Shown here: piece by piece, positions 23,984 to 36,671 of the stretch
Layout of the letters: every line of letters begins with the position of its first letter
How positions within the stretch are numbered: position 1 is the first letter of the stretch
Assembly (NCBI RefSeq): GCF_001194135.2
Contig: NC_068989.1
Coordinates: 21,227,961 to 21,275,897, forward strand
Direction: 5' to 3'
From: Octopus bimaculoides
Taxonomy: Eukaryota
DNA length: 47,937 nt
The notes under the pieces: model-generated
The model's database searches: none
The model's input: the letters and a program-made list of their open reading frames with translations, nothing else
Told to the model about the DNA's origin: nothing
Made by a program: the position numbers and the translations under genes

Positions 23984-24340
23984 CTCATGCGCATAAATAT
24001 TCAAATAAAGGAAAATGTGGGAAGAACCGGGAAAGCACATGAAGTTTAATGCATTCAGTCTTTGCAGCAAAAGAGGTTTCGAGATTAAAGTAGAGACTTT
24101 AGAAATACACACACGCACACTCACGTACATGCGCGTGGGAACACACACACAAACACACACATAAACACACATAAACACACATACACACACATACACATAT
24201 GCGCATAAATATTCCAATAAAGAGCAGAAAGGAAACTGGGCAGAACTGGGAAAGCACAAGAAGTTTAATGCATTCAGTTCTTGCAGAAAAAGAGGTTTCG
24301 AGGTTGAAGTTGAGCTTTTATAAATAAACACACAAACACG
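23984..24340. repeat. Diverged tandem duplication (~214 bp period) including a CA tract
   Basis: atgcgcataaatattc.aataaag...gggaaagcaca.gaagtttaatgcattcagt...aaagaggtttcgag occurs at ~23986 and ~24199. Confidence 0.85.
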
Positions 24341-24394
24341 CGCGCCGCGCGCACACACGCACACACAAACACACACATACACACAGAAACACAC

Positions 24395-24637
24395 ATACAC
24401 ATACATGCATAAATACATGCATACATACATGCATACATACATACATACAAACATACATACATGCATGCAGACATACATACGTAAACACAAGCATGTAGGC
24501 ACCACATATAAACATACATATATATACATGTGTTTAAGCATTGCATTATTGGAATTGAATAGTCACTGGAAAGGAATAACGATGTTGTTTTAAAAGAGCA
24601 GAGTTTAAATAAGACCAATTGGTTTTCAAATCTGTCG

Positions 24638-24701
<64 letters not shown>

Positions 24702-24840
24702 GTGTGTTTGTCATCCATCTATCTATCTATTTATCTGTCTGTCTGTCTGTATGTATGTATGTATGTATGTATGTATGTATGTATGTATGTATCTCTCTAT
24801 TCATTTTTCTCTCTTTCTCTCTCTCTCTTTCTCTCTCTCT
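24395..24840. repeat. (ACAT)n, (ATCT)n, (ATGT)n and (CT)n microsatellites
   Basis: Direct inspection. Confidence 0.9.
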
Positions 24841-25066
24841 ATTAATACGTGCGCGCGTGTATATGTGTAAATGTCTATGTGCACCTGCGTGTATTTGTGT
24901 GGGCTGCCTTTGTCTGAACTGTGATTGTAATAACCTGCCACTTATTCTGGTTAGCCGATTTTCCTTTACTGTTTCAGTTCCTGATTGATTGGTTCCCTTC
25001 AATAAGTCAAGTTGTCTAAAACTTCCGGCTGAAACCGATTCTCTAAAAGTGATAGTGATAAACTGA

Positions 25067-25113
<47 letters not shown>

Positions 25114-25239
25114 CGTCAAACTAATACACCTGCTTGTTGTTCCCTCACCTGTCTTTGTCTTTTGTTTTCTGTAAATTCGAAACATATATATTATATATTA
25201 TATTATATTATATTATATTATATTATATTATATATATAT

Positions 25240-27384
25240 ATGAATGGAGTTAAACGCAGGTATTATTCAAATATGTGTACTTCCAGCATATGTTTCGAAG
25301 AAGACATTGGTATTATTGTAGAAGGGACGAAATGATGTTAAACAATGCATCAAGGGAAAAAAGAGAAACAAAACGTATCAATAAGACGTTTTAACCGAAT
25401 ATGATTACTGTATATATGATCATGGGAACGCTGGTAAGTTATTTTAAAAAACCGGTAATAGATATAACGTCAAAACAATTTATAGAAAGTGAGGAGTAAG
25501 AAAGAAATTAGCAGAACACTTAAGATGGATAAATATAGTGCGATAGGTGAATAGGAATAAAGATTAAAGGCGTGGAAATAGATATATTTAGTGGAAGTGA
25601 AATGTAAGAAGACAGTTAAAAGTCGAATTTAATAGACTGGTAGAAATCGCTTATTGGAACTAAAGGAATATTTTGCCAATGTTTGCAAGAGGATTCTCTG
25701 AGAACAGGATGAAGTACTGTTCATCGTTACTGAGTGAACAAAAAGATTTACCTTTATCATAAGGAAAGTATCTAGATAGAATATTCCATTCCAAAACGTA
25801 TTGTTTATTATGTTCCTTTAGAGACCAAACAAATTTACTAAGCTCAGAAATGTTACGTTTATTGATATGTCTAAATGTTGAGTAATGGTTAGATATTCTT
25901 TTGGACAACTGAGATGAAGAACTACCTATGTAAAAAACATGTTAGAACCGGAAGTAATTTTTCTAGTTTTAGAATTACTGCTAAAGAAACGAATGCGATT
26001 GGAATTTATACCAGAAATTGTAATATTGTTGCTATTATTATTCAAAGAATAGTTAGGGTTAATAATTTCAACGTTACTATTTTCATTAAGTGGATTTGTA
26101 TTTAACAACTTATTGTTATGTGAAGAGATGACTTGTGAAAGGTGTTTGGAGACCCTATCCTGACTCGGTGTGAATTGATAATAGAATAGTATCTTGAACT
26201 TTTGGGGAAATTCTTATCTATAGCTTTACGAACCTGGTAAGGGAGGTTGAATATGATCTGCTTACCTTATGGAATTATCAAGCAAACAGTTTTGCTAGGA
26301 CATACCTTGTTATTAGGGTAATTATCTTTAAAAGTCTTAGACGTACCTTTATAACAAAAAAAAAAGGGTCTTAAAGAACTGTTATGTCCCTTACGCTGCA
26401 GAATTACATTACTTGATTTAGTGTTGTTATTCGAACTAAAATTTATATTGTTATCGTTATGACTTGATTTCATGTCTTGATTAACAGAGGTAGAATTAAT
26501 GTCAATAGGATTAATATAGGTAATTTTTTCTTTATAGCCACCTTTAAGCAAGGCGTAGTTATAAAATTCGGCTTTATCGTTGAAGATATCAACATTGGCA
26601 GATAATCTAGGCAGTCTAAGTGAAATATTTCTAACTAAATTCCTTGTAATAGCCTTCGAATAAATACTGAAAGAGCTAATATATTTTAAATTAGTTGAGG
26701 GTTTATGGTATGGAAAATGTGAATCATTATGTAAGTTAAGGGTAATATCCAAAAAGTTGGCTTTAGTTATATCATCGTCAAAAACAATGCTTAAGCCCAT
26801 GTTTCGGAAAAATTTAACAAAACTATTTTTCAGCCTCTGTAATTTTTGTTTAGAAGCATTTTGAAGGTAGAATACATAATCATCACGTTACAGACCTACA
26901 TTGATGTTTGGGAATTGGTCAACCATCTCATAAAGGATATATATACCGACCAAATTAGTGATTTGTGCTGAATCAGAACTTCCCATCGTGACATCAGAAC
27001 TGTCGGGCGTATCTTTACGGACACACAACTTGTCATCAAATTTAATAATAGATTTTCCGGCGGTTAATACGACATTAATTTCATCCCTGGTGAGACCTGC
27101 TTTGTTGTGTGCGAGCCAATTGAGTTGATAGAGGAATAGAAACTAGAAATGTCAAACTGGTTCACAAACAGAATTTTTTTAATAACCTTCTAGCACTGAT
27201 ATCGGTGTTCTTAGCAAAAATATTCTAGATAAATATATTCCTACCTTAGTAAAAAAAAATTAAAGATTAATTGATGGTCAAATTCGTTCCACGTGGTCGA
27301 CTGGTTTAATTCTATTAATAACAAGAAGTGCACAAAATTTATCCAGTTTGACATTTCTAGTTTCTATTCCTCTATCAACCCAAT
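25240..27384 (-). mobile_element. Penelope-like retroelement, 5'-truncated with inverted 5' segment
   Basis: Minus strand: MGSSDSAQITNLVGIYIL...GL*RDD (RT YRDD), NFLDITLNL..PYHKP (ORF 26267-26800), FYIGSSSSQLSKRISNH...ELSKFVWSLKE (GIY-YIG, ORF 25660-25908). Plus strand 27185-27380 carries the upstream RT part PSSTDIGVLSKNILDK...DWFNSINNKKCTKFIQFDISSFYSSIN. The 3' end abuts (TA)n/(TATAT)n. Confidence 0.9.
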
Positions 27385-27584
27385 GAAATGCCTTATTAAA
27401 TGAAATGATGAACAACCTGGTCTGAGAATTGAACCTTTAGCGTAATAGTCACGATCCATGCTTCAAAACCACTGCATCATGCTACCACTCGACACTCTTG
27501 AATGAGATTTGGGTTGAGTTGTCTCGCCTGTTCATAACTTTCAGCTGTTTTATCACATGGTGCTTTGAGAGTGTAATCCCCACC

Positions 27585-27652
27585 ACTAAAGGCGATGCTC
27601 CTGCAAGGCCGCTGTCAAATGACTGAAAAAAATAAATGAATAAAAGAATACA
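27585..27652 (+). mobile_element. SINE/CR1-type 3' tail
   Basis: aaaggcgatgctcctgcaaggccgctgtcaaatgactgaaaaaaataaatgaataaaag. Confidence 0.6.
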
Positions 27653-27727
27653 TATATATATATGTGGGGGGGGGTCTGCAAATATATGTATGTGTGTGTG
27701 CATATATATATGTGTGTGTCTGTATGC

Positions 27728-27773
<46 letters not shown>

Positions 27774-28720
27774 NNNNNNNNNNNNNNNNNNNNNNNNNNN
27801 NNNNNNNNNNNNNNNNNNNNNNNNNNNNNNNNNNNNNNNNNNNNNNNNNNNNNNNNNNNNNNNNNNNNNNNNNNNNNNNNNNNNNNNNNNNNNNNNNNNN
27901 NNNNNNNNNNNNNNNNNNNNNNNNNNNNNNNNNNNNNNNNNNNNNNNNNNNNNNNNNNNNNNNNNNNNNNNNNNNNNNNNNNNNNNNNNNNNNNNNNNNN
28001 NNNNNNNNNNNNNNNNNNNNNNNNNNNNNNNNNNNNNNNNNNNNNNNNNNNNNNNNNNNNNNNNNNNNNNNNNNNNNNNNNNNNNNNNNNNNNNNNNNNN
28101 NNNNNNNNNNNNNNNNNNNNNNNNNNNNNNNNNNNNNNNNNNNNNNNNNNNNNNNNNNNNNNNNNNNNNNNNNNNNNNNNNNNNNNNNNNNNNNNNNNNN
28201 NNNNNNNNNNNNNNNNNNNNNNNNNNNNNNNNNNNNNNNNNNNNNNNNNNNNNNNNNNNNNNNNNNNNNNNNNNNNNNNNNNNNNNNNNNNNNNNNNNNN
28301 NNNNNNNNNNNNNNNNNNNNNNNNNNNNNNNNNNNNNNNNNNNNNNNNNNNNNNNNNNNNNNNNNNNNNNNNNNNNNNNNNNNNNNNNNNNNNNNNNNNN
28401 NNNNNNNNNNNNNNNNNNNNNNNNNNNNNNNNNNNNNNNNNNNNNNNNNNNNNNNNNNNNNNNNNNNNNNNNNNNNNNNNNNNNNNNNNNNNNNNNNNNN
28501 NNNNNNNNNNNNNNNNNNNNNNNNNNNNNNNNNNNNNNNNNNNNNNNNNNNNNNNNNNNNNNNNNNNNNNNNNNNNNNNNNNNNNNNNNNNNNNNNNNNN
28601 NNNNNNNNNNNNNNNNNNNNNNNNNNNNNNNNNNNNNNNNNNNNNNNNNNNNNNNNNNNNNNNNNNNNNNNNNNNNNNNNNNNNNNNNNNNNNNNNNNNN
28701 NNNNNNNNNNNNNNNNNNNN
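27774..28720. other. Assembly gap (N)
   Basis: 947 N. Confidence 0.99.
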
Positions 28721-28744
28721 ATATACAGATAGATAGATAGATAG

Positions 28745-28778
<34 letters not shown>

Positions 28779-29034
28779 GTATTTTTTGTACACTCTTCTA
28801 ATATATATGAACTCCTTATTCTTATTGCACCTTCTCTACGCTAACTTGTAATCAGTGAACCGGCTGATGGTGATAACGACGTTATAGGGGTGTGTTTATG
28901 TGAGCATAAGCGCATGCGTATGTGTATGTCAGTATGTATGTATGTGTACGTGTTTATGTGTGTTTAAATTTGCATGTAAGTTCGTAGATTGTGGTGACAA
29001 TGACTGCTATTTAGGTGGTGTGGGAGTGGTGTTA

Positions 29035-29762
29035 GCTTTGTTGTTGTTGGTGGTGGTGGTGGTGATGATGATGATGAAGATGATGATGATGAAGATGATG
29101 ATGATGAAGATGATGATGATGATGATGATGGTGATTATACCGACAACAACGAGGATGATAATGATGATGGTGAATATGATAATGATTATCACAGCGATGA
29201 TAGTAGGAGAGGTTATGTTGTGCTGGTGATGGTGATGGTGGTAGCAGGGACTGGGTTGGCGTTAGTGGCGGTGGTGGTGGTGGTGGTGGTGGTGGTGATG
29301 AAGATGATGGTGATGATGATAATATCGAGTTTTCCATTATTCCAGGAACATTCAATTTCTGCAGTAATGGTGTTAGCTGTAACGATATTATAACAGCAGT
29401 GGTGGTGGTGGTGGGGGGTACTACTGATACTAGTGGTAGGAACGGTAGTGGTGGAAGTGATTTTATTTACGAGAAAGTCTAATGATGATGATGATAAAAA
29501 TGATGATGATGATAATGATGATGATGATGATGATGATGAGGAGGAGGAGGAGGATGATGATGATTGCAATAACTAGGCATTATCACATTGCTGATATTGT
29601 TTGCGGTAGAATGTTGTTGTTGTTGGTGGTAGTGCTGGTGGTGCTGGTGGTGCTGGTAGTGCTGGTGGTGGTGGTGATAGTAGTAGTAGTAGTAGTAGTA
29701 GTAGTAGCAGCAGTTGTTGTTGCTGTTGTTGTTGCTGTTGTTGTTGTTGTTGTTGTTGTTGC
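29035..29762. repeat. Mosaic trinucleotide low-complexity tract (GGT/GAT/GAG/GTA/GTT)
   Basis: Successive perfect and imperfect triplet runs; produces the homopolymer ORFs. Confidence 0.9.
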
Positions 29763-30224
29763 AGAATATTGCCAGATATACTTTGTCTTGGCTATTAATA
29801 CGGAGTGAAAGTGAGAGCAGTGAGTGGGCGGCTAAATGGCGTATCACTCCCTGCCTCTCCTTCTGGAACTATACAACATTTCGGAAAGGGGGGGGAGCGT
29901 GAAACACAGTGGTGGAAGTTGGCGAAGCTGTAGAGTGCATGTATTAGTGACTCTGGAGTACTCGAACTTCGATGCTTCACCATTTCAAGTTCAAATCTCA
30001 CCGTCATCGATTTTATATTTCGTATTTGTGTACCTGTTGTCGTTATTCTTTAACCCCAGGTTAGCTCTGAGTTAATATACCTATAATAAAACTTATTCCA
30101 GATATGACCAAGATATGTTTTTCTTTTTTTGCTTTCCTTTATTCTATGCATCAAAAGCTACTTTGTTCAGTATATTATTAAATTTTATATGGGGAATTTG
30201 ATTGTTACTTCTTGCAGTCTGTAT

Positions 30225-30372
30225 GATGATGGGTTGGCAGAATCATTAGAGCGCTGGACAACATTCTTGGTTCAGTCCCTCCCAAGTCAACTTTGCTTTT
30301 CATCTCTCGGAAGACGATAAAATAAATAAAGCCTAGTGAAAAACTGGGGTTCGATATTATCGACTAACTCCT
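30225..30372 (+). mobile_element. SINE family A, degenerate
   Basis: gatgggttggcagaatcattagagcgctggac...caactttgcttttcatc...actggggttcgatattatcgact. Confidence 0.65.
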
Positions 30373-30652
30373 CACGACTAAGTTGCGCCTACATTATAAA
30401 AAGTTATTTCCAGCAGATTTAGCGATCGCGTTGCAGCTCTTTCGTTGCCTTGACGGTGAAAATTAGCAGAAATACAGTTGTCCCTAAATAGATAGGATGT
30501 TTTATAGTAAAATACAGAAAAAAGTACATGTGAGGTTTTATAAGTAATACTTGAATGTTGAATGAAACGCACAGCTAGACACTGGCCATAATGTTACTAG
30601 AATTAACTGTTAGTGTGTGTCAGTTGTTAATTTATTGGCTACTGGAATAATT

Positions 30653-31034
30653 GTGGAGGCGCAATGGCCCAGTGGTTAGGGTAGCGGACTTGTGGTCATA
30701 GGATCGCGGTTTTGATTCCCAGACCGGGCGTTGTGAGTGTTTATTGAGCGAAAAGACATTAAGCTCCACGAGGCTCCGGCAGGGGATGGTGGCGAACCCT
30801 GCTGTACTCTTCCACCACAACTTTCTTCCTGTTTCTGTTGTGCCTTTAATTCAAAAGGTCAGCCTTGTCACACTGTGTCACGCTGAATATCCCCGAGAAC
30901 TACGTTGAGGGTACGCGTGCCTGTGGAGTGCTCAGCCACTTGCACGTTAATTTCACAAGCAGGCTGTTCCATTGATCGGATCAACTGGAACCCTCGATGT
31001 CGTAAGCGACGGAGTGCCAACAACAACAACAACA
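30653..31034 (+). mobile_element. Full-length tRNA-derived SINE family C with 12-bp TSD
   Basis: A box TGGCCCAGTGG, B box GGTTTTGATTCC, (CAA)n tail; ACTGGAATAATT at 30641-30652 and 31035-31046. Confidence 0.92.
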
Positions 31035-31388
31035 ACTGGAATAATTAAGAAGAGTGAATAACTGAGTATTACAACGAGACTGAGTAACAGATTAAGCATA
31101 ATCATATTCATCCCTTACAAGCAAGTACGATTTAGTAGCGTGTACCATACTTTCACCAGCTGTTTTAGGTGATTGTGTACTTGCAAGTAGACGCAGACAT
31201 CCTTTCAACCCATCCATTCCTTCACACAGCGGAACATGGAGAATGTGACAAGTGGGCAGAGAAAGGGTTAGCATTTATCTGGTATTCCTTATTTTGCAGA
31301 GTATACTGTAGCAACGTGAAATGAAATGAAGCGTCTTGCTTGAGGACAAAGCGTATGTCCAGTTCAGGAATAGCACACACAATCACAT

Positions 31389-31454
31389 CAACGCGAACCC
31401 AGATTTAATCCAACGCGAACCCAGATTTAATCCAACGCGAACCCAGATTTAATC
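31389..31454. repeat. 22-bp minisatellite x3 (CAACGCGAACCCAGATTTAATC)
   Basis: Three perfect tandem copies. Confidence 0.95.
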
Positions 31455-31924
31455 CATTGTTTCGGTGCCATGTCTTAATGTTACAAGAAGATCTATGGGT
31501 TGAAAAAAAATACAAAACAATTAAACAACCTCTGTTTTATATTTTATGAATGGTGAAGATGTTTAAACTTGTTGTTGATGATGTTAAGCGCCAAACCGTC
31601 CCCAGTTGAGCAGACTTAACATCAATGAAGACCCAACTAAGATTATTGGCATCTTTTCTTTCAAAACTCAGTATTTCCCTTAAGTTCGCTTCACAAGGAC
31701 GTGGTTTCAGATTCTATTCCACTGCATGGTATTTTGTACAAGTATAGTCTATCATAGCGAAGCGAACTTCTTATTCAGATATTTATGCATGTCCTTCCTC
31801 CGAAATTGAAACGATTCTAATACGATGATTGGTGTTTTGATTAACAAACTCGAAATGATAGAAATCAAAATCAGCATCGATGCAAGCGGAGCTCCACTGA
31901 TTTAGTGAACTGATCAATATTGGT

Positions 31925-32010
31925 TTCAAATTTTGATACAAGGCCATAAATTTCGGGTGAGGGATTAAGTCGATTACATCGACGCCATTGCTTAACTGGT
32001 ACTTATCCTG
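31925..32010 (-). mobile_element. SINE family A fragment
   Basis: acaaggccataaatttcggg...gattaagtcgattacatcgac...actggtactta. Confidence 0.6.
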
Positions 32011-32261
32011 AAAACATATGTGAAAATTTTTTGGAATGTTTGTTACTGTTGCCATTGTTGTACTTATGTTGGTAGTAACAGAATATTCTACAGCAAGTTG
32101 ATATCGGCGTGAAAACAGTGAAGTCGAAGCATAATGTATGTTGGTACAGATTGCTTAATAGCACCAATACTTGATTGGTAATTATTTTATCGACCCTGGA
32201 AGGATGAACGGCAAAGACGTATTTTCCACCGTGTCAAGCGATGTGTACATGCATGCATGCA

Positions 32262-32365
32262 CGCATGTATGTATGTATGTATGTATGTATGTATGTATGT
32301 ATGTATGTATGTGTGTGTGTATGTATGTATGTATGTATGCATGTATGTGTGCATGTATGTGTGTA
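32262..32365. repeat. (ATGT)n microsatellite
   Basis: Direct inspection. Confidence 0.9.
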
Positions 32366-32649
32366 TGAATTTATGTCGTTATTAAGTTTTATTACAAGAT
32401 TTTTTGCTAGTAAAGAAAGAGCTGGTTTCTAACCTAGCTCCAAAGCGCCATAATTGGAATTTCAATATCAACGGGATATCTTTTTATGTATGTATGTATG
32501 TATGTATGTATGTGCGTATGTATGTTTGCATGTATGTATGTATATGTGCAGATTTGTACGTTTTGTTCTATGTATTTATTCTCATTCACACAGTTGCTCA
32601 TATATTTTCAAATGATAAACTTCTGCAAAGTTTTACAGAATTTTATAGT

Positions 32650-33800
32650 CCCAGTGATGGCTTGGATTTGTAGACTTCCAATTAGCTTTCTTTCTCGTTT
32701 CTCTCGGTCATTCTCTTCTGATATCGTAGTTTTTCACTGACAGTTTTTAGCTCCTGTTTGAGGGTAATCAGTTTGCAGGTGAGTGCCCTCTTTTTTCTGT
32801 CTCCAAACATCATTTCTATCTCCTTCTTTACTTTCTGTTGGTGGGACGTATAATGATGTGCTTGTTTGCACGCAATATGCATCATTACATGATTGATGGT
32901 CTCCCGTAAACCAGTTATCATTTTCTCTGTCTTCAAAACTCATGCTGTTACTTTCTTTGTTGTTCCGGCTTTGTTTACTTTTTGAATGTCATTCATGTAC
33001 TGCTTTGCAGTAGTAGCCAGAGAGTTACTACAAACAGGCGTTAATCTGCCAGAATGTGGGTTCATCATACTGCTGTAAATACTCATCACTAATATCGTTA
33101 ACAGCTTTTAATACCATACCTGTTGGTTTTCTACTTCTTTTGGTAGAGAACCCCCGCTTCTCGAGGGAATACTTCAAAGCCAAAGTTACTTTTTCTCGGA
33201 AAATTTCAGTAAGAGCACATTTCACCGGTATATAATCCTGACTAACGCTACTACTATAATCATCGTTGTGGTTGTGCCTGTTATTTACCATAGCTGTAGT
33301 AGGGGGACAGTGGTCAGTTACTTGAAGCAGTATTGTAATTTGCCTGGCAGGCTTTATGGAATCAGTTGGAATGTCGCTAGCTGCGAAACCACGTGGTGAT
33401 CTTAGATCATTCACGTTTGCGTTTCTGTTTATAGAGTTGGGAAGAAGGTTAATTTTCGATTTTTTGATAACGTTACAGTTACTAACCTTCTTCCTGCGTT
33501 CAACAAATGTTGATTGTTGGCGTAGTTGCTTCGCAGTAAAATGATTTAATTCTGGATGCAGATCGGCCCAATATACCCAACAGCGGAGTTTTCTTCCGCT
33601 ATTTTATAGCAGTTAAATAGGTCAGTATTCAATTCATAACTCCAAGAGAAATGAGTTTGGTAATTACAGTCTCTTCTATAACTACAACTAGGAAAAATTT
33701 GTTTACCTGTTGAGCTGTTGATTTCGTTCTGTTCTTCGGTTGTGTTGTCGTTTGTTGTTGCTAGCCATGTTGTTTGTAGTAACTCTCTGCATGTTAAATT
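32650..33800 (-). mobile_element. R4/Dong-like LINE ORF N-terminal region, frameshifted
   Basis: HFSWSYELNTDLFNCYKIA...VGY, VLKAVNDISDEYLQQYDEPTFWQINACL and LKQELKTVSEKLRYQKRMTERN resemble successive R4-clade N-terminal blocks in the right order. Confidence 0.55.
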
Positions 33801-34319
33801 CAAGTTTCAGTCGAAAATCACCACGATCATGAATGAAAGGCTTCCTCAGTTATTCATCTGAAGATTAACCAGTTATTTAACAAGGCTGATTGTTGTGGTT
33901 CCAAATTTGGACATAGTATTCATCGTATTTTCGATAAATAGTCTGCCACGCCAAATACGCCACTTGCCGCTTCGAGTTATGTATGTATGCATGTTCTCTT
34001 TCTTTCTTTCTCTTTTTTGTGACCGGCAACCTTCTTGGCAGCAATGATTTGAGGAAAACATCTTGCCTTAAACATCATCCTTACATCTTAATGTTTTGCT
34101 GACTTTTATAGACCCAGATTGTGATTATTTCCAGCGTATAAATTAAGGTTTTTCTTTCCCTCCTCAAAGTTCCAAGTTCAGCTATACTTTGCTCCAGACG
34201 GATTGGTATATATCCTGTTGCTCAAATAATTATAGGTGTAAAACTGAAAGTGTATCTAGAGTACTGGATTTGCAAATCCTTTATTAATTGTCCACTACTA
34301 CTACAATTATTTACATACA

Positions 34320-34359
34320 TACACTATATACACGCACACACACACACACACACACACGC

Positions 34360-34390
<31 letters not shown>

Positions 34391-34850
34391 CATCCATACA
34401 TACATCCATACATACATACATGCATGCATACATACATACATACATACATACATACATACATANNNNNNNNNNNNNNNNNNNNNNNNNNNNNNNNNNNNNN
34501 NNNNNNNNNNNNNNNNNNNNNNNNNNNNNNNNNNNNNNNNNNNNNNNNNNNNNNNNNNNNNNNNNNNNNNNNNNNNNNNNNNNNNNNNNNNNNNNNNNNN
34601 NNNNNNNNNNNNNNNNNNNNNNNNNNNNNNNNNNNNNNNNNNNNNNNNNNNNNNNNNNNNNNNNNNNNNNNNNNNNNTGATCTTGACGTATGTAGTGTGA
34701 AAATGGGGGAAGGGAGAAAGGAAGAAAGTAGTTGGTCAGTTGTAGTGTGTGCGTGGTGTGATCCATCCATACATACATCCATACATACATACATGCATGC
34801 ATACATACATACATACATACATACATACATACATACATACATACATACAT
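34320..34850. repeat. (CA)/(TA)/(ACAT) microsatellites around N gap 34463-34677
   Basis: Direct inspection. Confidence 0.9.
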
Positions 34851-34858
34851 ACCATATA

Positions 34859-35265
34859 TCTTTTACTTGGTTCAGTCACTGGACTGCGACAGTACCAGGG
34901 TACTACCTTCAATGATTTTGCAGTTGAAAGTATTGACCGTAGCGCTTATTTTTTTTTGAAGTGTGATATCTATTCTACGCTCTCTTTTGTTGAACCGCTA
35001 AGTTACGGGGACGGAAACAAACTAACACCGGATTAATTTCAAGCGAAGGGAAACACAAAGGCACATGAACACGCACATACATAAACCACAGAATATATAC
35101 ATATAAATGACGCGATTCATTCAGTTTCCTTCTACCAAATCTACTCACAATGTATTTGGCGGACGAGGCTACAGTTAAAGAAAATTATCTAAGGTTCCGC
35201 CCAGTAGAACTAAACCTGAAACGATTGGATGGGAAGCAAACATCTTATCATAGAGCCACACCTAC
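34859..35265 (-). mobile_element. Near full-length SINE family B (tRNA head, body, CR1-like tail)
   Basis: Minus: ggtgtggct...ttgcttccc...tttcaggtttagttctactgggcggaacctt head; gtccccgtaacttagcggttc body; aaggtagtaccctggtactgtcgcagtccagtgactgaaccaagtaaaaga tail. Confidence 0.7.
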
Positions 35266-35277
35266 GTTTATATTGTA

Positions 35278-35284
<7 letters not shown>

Positions 35285-35331
<47 letters not shown>

Positions 35332-35388
35332 ATATGTATGTGTATAGATAGATAGGCATCTAGTTATTTATCTATCTATTTATATATA

Positions 35389-35459
<71 letters not shown>

Positions 35460-35795
35460 ACACACACATATTTGTTAATGTGTGAGTGTGAATGTATGTA
35501 TATTACATAAATACATACACACATATATAATTTATATAATATGTATAATANNNNNNNNNNNNNNNNNNNNNNNNNNNNNNNNNNNNNNNNNNNNNNNNNN
35601 NNNNNNNNNNNNNNNNNNNNNNNNNNNNNNNNNNNNNNNNNNNNNNNNNNNNNNNNNNNNNNNNNNNNNNNNNNNNNNNNNNNNNNNNNNNNNNNNNNNN
35701 NNNNNNNNNNNNNNNNNNNNNNNNNNNNNNNNNNNNNNNNNNNNNNNNNNNNNNNNNNNNNNNNNNNNNNNNNNNNNNNNNNNNNNNNNNNNNNN
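35285..35795. repeat. (GT)n and (ATCT)n microsatellites plus N gap 35551-35795
   Basis: Direct inspection. Confidence 0.9.
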
Positions 35796-36671
35796 CAGCA
35801 TAGAAGTGATAATTTCTTAGTCATTATTAGAATATTAGCAAATTTACTGTTAATATGTTGGTCTGACTTTCTACACAACTCAATCAATTAACTCTTTGAA
35901 GCTGAAATTGAAACACAGTTCAAGAATCTTTTCATATCACACATTTACTACATATATATATATATTAAATAAAGCAATTACCAGTCGGGTGATTCTTGTG
36001 TTTTTTCATGAAGTCGTTTACAAATGTTACGTCTATGTATTTGCTCAGGAAAATTCTTGATGTGAAAATGTGTGTTGAAACAGCTATTATTATACTTGGG
36101 ACGGTCATCTTTTGCCCATCAAACACATGCACTACTTATTTGATCTTCATTTTAGCTTTATTATTATTATTTTTAGTTTATTTGTCTGTCAAAGTTCTTT
36201 CGTCACACATTCAGTGACCTCTTCAACGAGTTTCTGCGTCAAGTGTCTCCCCTTGTCCTGTTTATTTCATTTTGTCTTTCTGTGGCATATATCTCTATTT
36301 GCGCATGCGTTTACGTCTATAACTATGTGCATCTATGTGTCCCTTGTGTGTATATATGTTTGTACATTACAATGCTTCTACCCATGTTTTTTTTATTTAT
36401 TAACTTTTTCTCATTCTAACTTAAGTATTGGTATGTGTGTCTTGTGTCCGTGCATATGGGCTTGTATATTAAACTGTTAGTAATGGTGTCATTTATTAAT
36501 GTTTCGTCATTCTGCTTTTAGTCGCCAGGTTGCTTACTGTGATGGATCGGGGATGTTATTTCTCGATTCACGTTTTCTGTTGAGGCCCGATATATCTTCT
36601 AACGCACCCAAGACACACATACTAAGCTCACAGATACGTACGTAAACGCATGCGCAGATTGAGATACATAC

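Noticed and set aside
25280-25330. Half-hammerhead CGAAACATATG at the 3' end of the Penelope-like element
   Set aside because: The CUGANGA half is not recognisable in this copy.
29032-29847. Poly-His/Met/Val/Ser ORFs
   Set aside because: Trinucleotide mosaic open in several frames on both strands; no evidence of coding.
30655-30730. tRNA gene (also 41155, 47820 and 7865)
   Set aside because: tRNA-derived SINE heads continuing into SINE bodies; no full cloverleaf or terminator.
31389-31454. CRISPR-like repeats
   Set aside because: Contiguous 22-bp tandem copies with no spacers, in a eukaryotic context.
34387-34850. Duplicated atccatccatacatacatccatac...catgcatgcatac block on both sides of a gap
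   Set aside because: Likely a scaffolding overlap or microsatellite convergence; cannot be separated from an assembly artefact.
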